From Clostridiales bacterium (GTDB lineage Bacteria > Bacillota > Clostridia > Christensenellales > QAND01), in the NCBI GenBank assembly GCA_015056185.1, contig SVGV01000001.1, positions 8,285 to 72,284 of the forward strand: a stretch of DNA of 64,000 nucleotides. Reading direction: 5' to 3'. This document shows, in pieces, positions 57,384 through 64,000 of the stretch (its first letter is position 1; every line of letters starts with the position of its first letter). The translations under genes were made by a program, and so were the position numbers. Below the pieces are notes generated by a model. It was not told the DNA's origin. It did not search any database and saw only the letters and a list, made by a program, of their open reading frames with translations.

Positions 57384-57854
57384 ATGGACGAGAAAACCAA
57401 CGTCATGCGTTTGCTGGAGCAAAAGAACATCCCCTATACCGCTCATTATTACGGCACCGGCGAAGCCATGAGTGGGGTGGAAGTGGCAAAACTCTTAAAC
57501 CGGGATGTGGACCAGGTGTATAAAACCCTTGTGACCACCGCCGGCCCCCGCAAGTTTTATGTGTTTATGATCCCCGCTGCGGAAGAGCTGGATCTCAAAA
57601 AAGCTGCCCGGGCCGTGGGGGAAAAATCCCTTGAGATGCTGAAGCAAAAGGATCTGCTGCCCAACACCGGCTACATCCACGGGGGCTGCAGCCCCATCGG
57701 CATGAAAAAGCTGTACCCCACCACCATCCATGAGGATGCCATTTTGTACGATACCATCCTTTTTTCCGCGGGGAAGATCGGCTGCCAGGTGGAACTCAAT
57801 ATCGAACAAATCCTGCCCCTGGTGCCCTACACCATGGCGGATCTCATCAAATAA
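57384..57854 (+). CDS. ybaK: Cys-tRNA(Pro) deacylase
   Basis: KTNVMRLLE, VYKTLV, TGYIHGGCSPIGMKK, SAGKIG. Confidence 0.95.
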   Translation: MDEKTNVMRLLEQKNIPYTAHYYGTGEAMSGVEVAKLLNRDVDQVYKTLVTTAGPRKFYVFMIPAAEELDLKKAARAVGEKSLEMLKQKDLLPNTGYIHGGCSPIGMKKLYPTTIHEDAILYDTILFSAGKIGCQVELNIEQILPLVPYTMADLIK

Positions 57855-57881
57855 AAAAAGCACCCGCTTGGGTGCTTTTTT
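57853..57881. terminator. Bidirectional terminator
   Basis: AAAAAAAGCACCC-GCTT-GGGTGCTTTTTT. Confidence 0.88.
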
Positions 57882-57882
57882 G

Positions 57883-58968
57883 TTACCCTTCAAAGGGGAA
57901 GGGGAGGTTTGCAGCTTTGTAGATCTGCTTTAATACGTTCATGGTGCCGTTTTTGATGGGGGATCGTTCCATGGCCTCGGCCATTTCATTCCGCCGGGCG
58001 TACACATCGGCAATGGCAGCCATGAGGCTTTCCGGTGTCAGATCCTTTTGCTCCAGCATCACGGCGTAGTTCTGGCTGCTGAAGTACTGGGCGTTTAAGA
58101 TCTGGTCACCCCGGCTGACCTCTTTGGGCAGGGGGATCAACACCGAGGGTTTTGCCATGCACAGCAGCTCAAAGATGGTGTTTGCGCCGCTGCGGCCCAC
58201 CAGCAGATCGGCCAGTGCAAAGTAATCGGCCAGTTCCGCGCTGACATATTCAAACTGGGCATAGCCTGGCCTTACGATGCTCTCGTTCAAATTGCCCTTA
58301 CCCCGGATGTGGATGATGTTGTACTTACTTAAGATCTCATCCAGCGCGGTCTCCAGTGCGGCGTTTACGGCTGCGCTGCCCTGGCTGCCGCCCATAAACA
58401 GCAGCGTGGGCTTTGCATCAAACCCCAGTGCGGCCCGGGCCCGCTCCTTATCCCCCTTGGTGATCTCATCCCGGATGGGGGAGCCGGTCCAAACGGCCTT
58501 GCCTTCCTTGATGCCGGATTCTTTGGGGTCAAAGCTGGTGCAAACCACGGTGGCCTTGGGTGCACTTAACTTGTTGGCAAGGCCTGCGGTGTAATCGCTC
58601 TCGTGCAGCACCACGGGCACCTTGGCGCTTTTTGCACCGTAAACGGCAGGCACGCTCACAAAGCCGCCCTTGCTGAACAGCACCTTGGGCTTAAGCTGTT
58701 TCATGATGCGCTTGCTTTCCTTGATGCCCTTTAACACCTTAAAGGGGTCAGTCAGGTTTTTTACCGTCAAATACCGGCGGAATTTGCCGCTTTCGATGAC
58801 GTGGTAGGTTACATCCTCCACTTCGCCAATGAGCCGGCGCTCGATGCCGTCTGCGGTGCCAAGGTAGTGGATCTCCCACCCATCCTCCTTCAAATAGGGG
58901 ATGAGTGCAATATTGGGCGTAACATGACCGGCGGTGCCGCCGCCGGTCAACACGATGCGTTTTTTCAT
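57883..58968 (-). CDS. murG: Lipid II GlcNAc transferase
   Basis: TGGGTAGHVTP, FSKGGFVSVP, HESD, GGSQGS, RSGANT. Confidence 0.96.
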   Translation of the reverse strand: MKKRIVLTGGGTAGHVTPNIALIPYLKEDGWEIHYLGTADGIERRLIGEVEDVTYHVIESGKFRRYLTVKNLTDPFKVLKGIKESKRIMKQLKPKVLFSKGGFVSVPAVYGAKSAKVPVVLHESDYTAGLANKLSAPKATVVCTSFDPKESGIKEGKAVWTGSPIRDEITKGDKERARAALGFDAKPTLLFMGGSQGSAAVNAALETALDEILSKYNIIHIRGKGNLNESIVRPGYAQFEYVSAELADYFALADLLVGRSGANTIFELLCMAKPSVLIPLPKEVSRGDQILNAQYFSSQNYAVMLEQKDLTPESLMAAIADVYARRNEMAEAMERSPIKNGTMNVLKQIYKAANLPFPFEG

Positions 58969-59101
58969 AGTATTCCCACCTGTCTTGATGATCATGGGTA
59001 TTTTACCACAGTTGGTGCTATTATGCTATGCCCTCTAATGGCAGGCTATGTGGCACAAAAAAGCGGTATGCACAAAGTGCATACCGCAGTTTTGTTCATA
59101 G

Positions 59102-60490
59102 TTACGCTTTTTTCACTACGGGGCCGTTTTTGGTGTCTTCCACCACATAGCCCATTGCGGTGATCTCGTTTCTTAAAGCATCGGCTTTGGCCCAATCACG
59201 GGCGGCACGGGCGGCCTGGCGCTCTTCCGCCATCTTCAGCACCTCTTCGGGGATGCTCTCTTCCACCTTGACGATGATGCCCAGCACGCCCATCAGCTCA
59301 TCCAGCAGGTTAAGGGCAGCCTGTGCGCCCTCCTTGCTGCCGCCGCCAACAAACACGGTGTTGGCCTCCCGGACGAATTCAAAGACCACGCCCAACGCAT
59401 CGGCGGTGTTTAAGTCGTCATCCATGGCGGCCTTGAAGCGGTCACGGTAGCTGCCGATGGAATCAACAAACTCAGCTTCCTTTGCGCCTTCGCCCCAGGG
59501 TGCGGCCACAATGCGGGAGAGGAGGTCATGGGCGTTGCGGATGCGGCCGAGGGCTGCCTCCGCCTGGACGATGAGATCCCGGCTGTAGTTGATGGGGCTG
59601 CGGTAGTGGACCGTCAGCATAAACAGACGCACCGCCATGAGGTCAAACTCGCTGCTGATATCCCGGATGGTGAAGAAGTTGTTTAAAGATTTGCTCATCT
59701 TGCGATTATCCACATTGATGTAGCCGTTGTGGAGCCAGTAGTTCACGTAGGTTTTGCCGGTGGCACCTTCCGATTGGGCGATCTCGTTATCATGGTGGGG
59801 GAAGATGAGGTCCTGCCCGCCGGTGTGGATGTCAAAACTTTCGCCCAAATACTTCATGCTCATGGCGCTGCATTCCACATGCCAGCCGGGGCGGCCCAAA
59901 CCCCAGGGGGATTCCCAGCTGGGTTCGCCGGGCTTGGCGGCCTTCCACAGGGCAAAATCCATGGGGTCCCGCTTGATCTCCGCCACGTCCACACGGGCGC
60001 CTGCTTCCAGCTCATCTAAATTCTGGCCGGAAAGCTTTGCATACCCGGGGAACTTTTTGGCGGCGTAGTAAACATCGCCCTGGCTTTCGTAGGCCAGGCC
60101 TTTTTCGATCAAGGTTTCCACCAGGTGGATGATCTCGGGGATGTGTTCGGTTGCCAGGGGAGCCACCGTGGGGTGCGCCACGTTTAAACCATCGGCATCC
60201 ACATAGTATTCGGCGATGAACCGATCGGCCAGTTCCTTCACGGTGATGCCCATCTCGTTGGCTTTGTTGATCATCTTATCGTCGATATCCGTAAAGTTCT
60301 GCACCCTGGTCACATCGTAGCCCAGGTATTCAAAATACCGGCGAAGGGTATCAAACACAATAAAGGGACGGGCATTGCCCAGATGGAAGTAGTTATAAAC
60401 GGTGGGGCCGCAGGAATACATGCCCACCTTACCGGGGGTGATGGGTACAAATTCTTCCTTTTTGCGGGTCATGGTATTATACAGTTTCAT
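59102..60490 (-). CDS. cysS: Cysteinyl-tRNA synthetase
   Basis: [43 protein letters not shown]. Confidence 0.98.
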   Translation of the reverse strand: MKLYNTMTRKKEEFVPITPGKVGMYSCGPTVYNYFHLGNARPFIVFDTLRRYFEYLGYDVTRVQNFTDIDDKMINKANEMGITVKELADRFIAEYYVDADGLNVAHPTVAPLATEHIPEIIHLVETLIEKGLAYESQGDVYYAAKKFPGYAKLSGQNLDELEAGARVDVAEIKRDPMDFALWKAAKPGEPSWESPWGLGRPGWHVECSAMSMKYLGESFDIHTGGQDLIFPHHDNEIAQSEGATGKTYVNYWLHNGYINVDNRKMSKSLNNFFTIRDISSEFDLMAVRLFMLTVHYRSPINYSRDLIVQAEAALGRIRNAHDLLSRIVAAPWGEGAKEAEFVDSIGSYRDRFKAAMDDDLNTADALGVVFEFVREANTVFVGGGSKEGAQAALNLLDELMGVLGIIVKVEESIPEEVLKMAEERQAARAARDWAKADALRNEITAMGYVVEDTKNGPVVKKA

Positions 60491-61193
60491 GGAATGCTTC
60501 CTCCTTTGTTTCTTCTTTTAACAAAGCCTCCAGGCTTTCGATGCGGCTGCGCAATTCTGCGATCTCCACTTTGATGGGGTCAGGCAGATGGATCTGGTCC
60601 AGATTGGGCCGCTTTTCTTCACAATCCTTTAGATCACAGGTGTCGCAGCTGCCCACGGGCCGCCCATGGGGGCAGGCCGCCCGTTTGACGATGCGCCCCG
60701 GCACGCCCACCACGGTGCAGTAGGGGGGTACCTCCTGCAGTACCACCGCCCCGGCACCGATCTTGCTGCCGTTGCCCACCTTAAAGGGCCCAAGGATCTT
60801 CGCCCCTGCGGCGATGACCACATCATTGCCGATGGTGGGGTGACGCTTGCCGGTATCCTTGCCGGTGCCGCCCAAGGTCGCACCCTGGTAGATGGTCACG
60901 TTATCGCCCACCACAGCGGTCTCACCGATGACAACGCCGCTGGCATGGTCAATAAACAGCCCCTTGCCGATGACCGCCCCGGGGTGGATATCCACCCCCG
61001 TAAAAAAGCGGACGTTTGCGGAGATAAACCTGGGCAAAAACCGCAGGCCCCGCTTCCACAGGGCGTGGGCCCGGCGGTGCCAGCGCACCGCGTGAAAGCC
61101 CGGGTAGCACATAAAAATCTCAAAACCGTTTCTGGCGGCGGGGTCCCGCTCCTTCACGGCACGGATGTCTTCTTTTAAATTACGGATATACAT
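60477..61193 (-). CDS. cysE: Serine O-acetyltransferase
   Basis: [43 protein letters not shown]. Confidence 0.96.
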   Translation of the reverse strand: MYIRNLKEDIRAVKERDPAARNGFEIFMCYPGFHAVRWHRRAHALWKRGLRFLPRFISANVRFFTGVDIHPGAVIGKGLFIDHASGVVIGETAVVGDNVTIYQGATLGGTGKDTGKRHPTIGNDVVIAAGAKILGPFKVGNGSKIGAGAVVLQEVPPYCTVVGVPGRIVKRAACPHGRPVGSCDTCDLKDCEEKRPNLDQIHLPDPIKVEIAELRSRIESLEALLKEETKEEAFHETV

Positions 61194-61208
61194 AGATTCA
61201 CCCAATTA

Positions 61209-61446
61209 TAAAAAAATAGCCGCCTCCGAAGAGACGGCTTTTACCGCGGTTCCACTCTTGTTGAGGGCACCAAAATAAGGTGCCTTCCACTTTCAGCAGA
61301 TAACGCTGCCACACGGCTGCCCACTTGTGCAGGCAGCAGCTCCTGCGGCGCAACTTCACCAAACCACCCTCGGGGCCGGCTTACAGCCGGTGGCCTGCCC
61401 TCTCTTAGCCGGGTGCAAATGGCTACTAACCGCTTTCCTCGCTTTT
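61209..61446 (-). ncRNA. T-box riboswitch, Cys specifier
   Basis: T-box AAGAGTGGAACCGCGG (61244-61259), terminator GCCGTCTC-TTC-GGAGGCGGC plus U tract, specifier loop GAAGTTGCG (TGC = Cys), upstream of cysE-cysS. Confidence 0.9.
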
Positions 61447-61454
61447 GTAACGTT

Positions 61455-61483
61455 ATTATACCCAACGGGGGCAATATCGTCAA
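61455..61483 (-). promoter_or_regulatory. Sigma-A promoter of the T-box leader
   Basis: TTGACG-N17-TATAAT on minus strand. Confidence 0.85.
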
Positions 61484-61512
61484 TGTAAGATATGGCAGCA
61501 GAGCAATGTGGG

Positions 61513-61710
61513 TTACTCTTCTTCCGAATTTTGCAAAAGGCTGTCTTCCTTTAAATTATCAAGGGCTACCCGCACCGCCTCTATGACAAAGGCAGAAAAG
61601 GTGCAGTCCTTGCCGGTGATGGCAGCTTCCACCTCTTCGATGAGATCGTTGGGGAAGCGAATGGATTTATTAGTGGTAGGGGGTACTGCAGGAATATGGA
61701 ATCGACGCAT
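61513..61710 (-). CDS. Ribbon-helix-helix DNA-binding protein (YlcI/YnfO-like)
   Basis: TTNKSIRFP..LIEEVE.AI...FSAFVIEAVRVAL. Confidence 0.8.
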   Translation of the reverse strand: MRRFHIPAVPPTTNKSIRFPNDLIEEVEAAITGKDCTFSAFVIEAVRVALDNLKEDSLLQNSEEE

Positions 61711-61842
61711 TTTTACACCTCGCTGCATTACATTTTGTCGTGCGCTTTAAAACTATTTTGAGTTGCAAAATGCAATGCGTATGCATGACAAAAGCGTTTC
61801 AGATGTGGTAAAATATTGTTATCCTATTTTGAGGTGAAAAAG

Positions 61843-62103
61843 ATGAGTCATCGGTCCTTAGAAGATGCGTTGGAAATCCTGCGAGAGCAAAACAGGCGAC
61901 AACAAGCCTGTGAGCTGCGGCAGAAAGAAGCCGAGGCCCGGGGGGTAAGCTGCGGTGAGTGCAGCACCTGTGACATCGGCTGGCAAAAGGGGAAAGTGGC
62001 AATAAGGGAAGATGTGTATATCAAACTGGATGCCGTTTTGCGCCCCGCCTATGAAAAATCCTTAAAAAACCAACAAGCGGTTCAGCCCCAAGCGAAAGAA
62101 TAA
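61843..62103 (+). CDS. Small hypothetical protein with CxxCxxC motif
   Basis: GAGGTG RBS; SCGECSTCD; terminator at 62102-62130. Confidence 0.7.
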   Translation: MSHRSLEDALEILREQNRRQQACELRQKEAEARGVSCGECSTCDIGWQKGKVAIREDVYIKLDAVLRPAYEKSLKNQQAVQPQAKE

Positions 62104-62196
62104 AAAAGCCCCCCAGGGGGCTTTTTCTTTTGCAGCATCCCCTTACTTTAAAAAACAGCGGGATTGGTCTATACTGTTTATTTAGGAAGTGAAGTC

Positions 62197-62901
62197 ATGA
62201 AGCGAATTATGCATATTTTTGCGGGCCTGTGCGCCGCCCTCTTTGTGGTGGCGCTGCTGCTCAGCGTCATCCGTGGGGTGGCCCTTAATAAAGAACACTA
62301 TATGGACCAGTACGAAAAAAACGGCACGGCCGCCGTCATCGGCACCGATGAAGCGGGCCTGAGCCAGGTGACGGATGAACTCATCCGCTACCTTGCCGCC
62401 GAGGATGATGTGCTGGATGTACAGATCCTAATCCATGGTAAGCTCCAGCCCTTCTATAATCAGCGGGAGGTGGACCATATGGTGGATGTGCAGAACGTCA
62501 TGTCTTTGGCCCATACCGTAAGCCTTGTGGTTTACGGCCTGTGTGCTGCTTGTGCCATTGCATGGGCGGTGCAGCGTAAACGCCTTGGGGGGTTCCCCGC
62601 AAAAGCCATCCCCGTGGGCTTCGGCGTGGGGCTTGTGGCCCTTGTGGCCATCGCCCTTTATGCTTACCTGGATTTCAGCTCCTTCTGGACGGCTTTCCAC
62701 CATGTGATCTTCACCAATGATCTGTGGATCTTAAACCCCATGACGGATAACCTCATTAACCTGGTGCCTCTGCCCTTCTTCTTTGCCACCTGCATGAAGA
62801 TCATCCTGTGGTGGGCGGGGCTGCTGGCGGTTTTTGCTTTGGGTACCTTCGCCATTGGGCACTACACAAAACCACGGGCAAATGCCCATAAGGGGAATTG
62901 A
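62197..62901 (+). CDS. TIGR01906-family integral membrane protein
   Basis: REVDHMVDVQ, FWTAFHHVIFTNDLW.LNP.TD.LINLVP..FF. Confidence 0.9.
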   Translation: MKRIMHIFAGLCAALFVVALLLSVIRGVALNKEHYMDQYEKNGTAAVIGTDEAGLSQVTDELIRYLAAEDDVLDVQILIHGKLQPFYNQREVDHMVDVQNVMSLAHTVSLVVYGLCAACAIAWAVQRKRLGGFPAKAIPVGFGVGLVALVAIALYAYLDFSSFWTAFHHVIFTNDLWILNPMTDNLINLVPLPFFFATCMKIILWWAGLLAVFALGTFAIGHYTKPRANAHKGN

Positions 62902-62902
62902 T

Positions 62903-64000
62903 ATGAGCTACACCGAGCGGGCAGATGCCCGAAAACTGCAGATGCAAAAAACGGGCGAGGGCTATGTCCTTGCCATCGAATCCTCCTGCGATGAAACCGC
63001 CGCCGCCGTGGCGGATCTAAAAGGCAATCTTTTCAGCAGCGTTGTTGCATCCTCCGCCGATCTGTTTGTGGAATACGGCGGCGTGGTACCGGAGATCGCC
63101 TCCCGCAAGCATATGGAGCTTCTGCCCCATGTGGTGCAAAAGGCCCTTGGCGATGCCGGCATTGAAAAAGAGGACCTTAGCTGCATTGCAGGCACCATGG
63201 GCCCCGGCCTTGTGGGGGCTTTATTATGCGGGCTCAGCTACGCCAAAGCCATGGCCTTTGCCCTGGATGTGCCCTTCATTGGCATCAACCATATGGAGGG
63301 GCATATTGCCGCCAATCAGGTGGAAAACGATATGATCTACCCCCATGTGTGCTTAACGGTTTCCGGCGGGCATACCCAGCTGTTACTGGTCAAGGATGCA
63401 ACCACCTTCTATCAGCTGGGCCAGACGGTGGACGATGCGGCGGGGGAGGCCTTTGATAAAGCCGCCCGTGCATTAAACCTGCCCTATCCCGGCGGCCCCA
63501 ATGTGGAGCGCCTTGCCAGAGAGGGCAACGAAGATGCCTTTACCTTTACCCGGCCTAAGCTGAAAAACAAGATGGATTTCTCCTTCTCCGGCATTAAGAC
63601 TGCGGTGATCAACCTCATCCACACAGCGGAGCAGCGGGGCGAAGAGCTGAACCGGGCCGATGTCGCTGCATCCTTCCAAAAGGCCGTGGTGGAGATGCTC
63701 TTAAAAAATGCCTTTACCGCCTGCAAAGAGCAGGGGGTAACAGCCCTTGCGGTGTGTGGCGGCGTAGCCGCCAACGGCTATTTGCGCCAAAAGGCGGAGG
63801 CCTGGGCAAATGAGGCGGGCATCACCTTGTACCTGCCCGGCCGCGCCATGTGTACCGATAACGCCGCCATGATCGTCCGTGCAGCGGTGAACCGCATCCA
63901 AAAGGGTGAGTTTATGGGGCTGGAAACCAATGCTATTCCATCCTTGAAATTACAATTTATGCAGGCACCCCTGCAAGAATCATCAAAAAACACAAGTGAA
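62903..64000 (+). CDS. tsaD: tRNA N6-threonylcarbamoyltransferase (open to window end, stop not seen)
   Basis: LAIESSCDETAAAV, YGGVVPEIASRKH, NHMEGH, VSGGHT, DDAAGEAFDK, GGVAANG, CTDNAAMI. Confidence 0.96.
   Translation, partial: MSYTERADARKLQMQKTGEGYVLAIESSCDETAAAVADLKGNLFSSVVASSADLFVEYGGVVPEIASRKHMELLPHVVQKALGDAGIEKEDLSCIAGTMGPGLVGALLCGLSYAKAMAFALDVPFIGINHMEGHIAANQVENDMIYPHVCLTVSGGHTQLLLVKDATTFYQLGQTVDDAAGEAFDKAARALNLPYPGGPNVERLAREGNEDAFTFTRPKLKNKMDFSFSGIKTAVINLIHTAEQRGEELNRADVAASFQKAVVEMLLKNAFTACKEQGVTALAVCGGVAANGYLRQKAEAWANEAGITLYLPGRAMCTDNAAMIVRAAVNRIQKGEFMGLETNAIPSLKLQFMQAPLQESSKNTSE

Overview
A roughly mid-GC Clostridia-type (spore-forming Firmicute) chromosomal segment, mostly housekeeping and metabolic genes: the polA 3' end, coaE, slt, tRNA-Leu(GAG), fucO, a glycine riboswitch with an AGCS transporter, glpK, ABC transporters, cdaA-cdaR, a vor-type 2-oxoacid:ferredoxin oxidoreductase operon, nfeD-floA, ybaK, murG, a Cys T-box with cysE-cysS, and tsaD (truncated). 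Several sporulation genes are also present (yhfW-like, DUF1540, pdaA-like, gerKA-KB-KC). The outstanding feature is a compact ~10.2 kb podovirus-like virion morphogenesis cassette at 31211-41390: TerS, TerL, portal, scaffold, N4-gp56-type major capsid, adaptor, nozzle, tail spike and a PG-binding coiled-coil protein. All reading frames are intact. I found no integrase, repressor, replication genes, holin, endolysin or att sites. The capsid gene has host-like codon bias, and the cassette directly abuts the gerK germination operon. It is a candidate domesticated phage or gene-transfer-agent-like system, possibly tied to sporulation (inference). Other points: unannotated small ORFs (27193-27357, 18939-19043), a 93-bp tandem duplication upstream of the vor operon, a putative attenuator before a MATE gene, and a Cys-rich insert in CysE. 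All product calls come from motif recognition by eye; no database searches were run.
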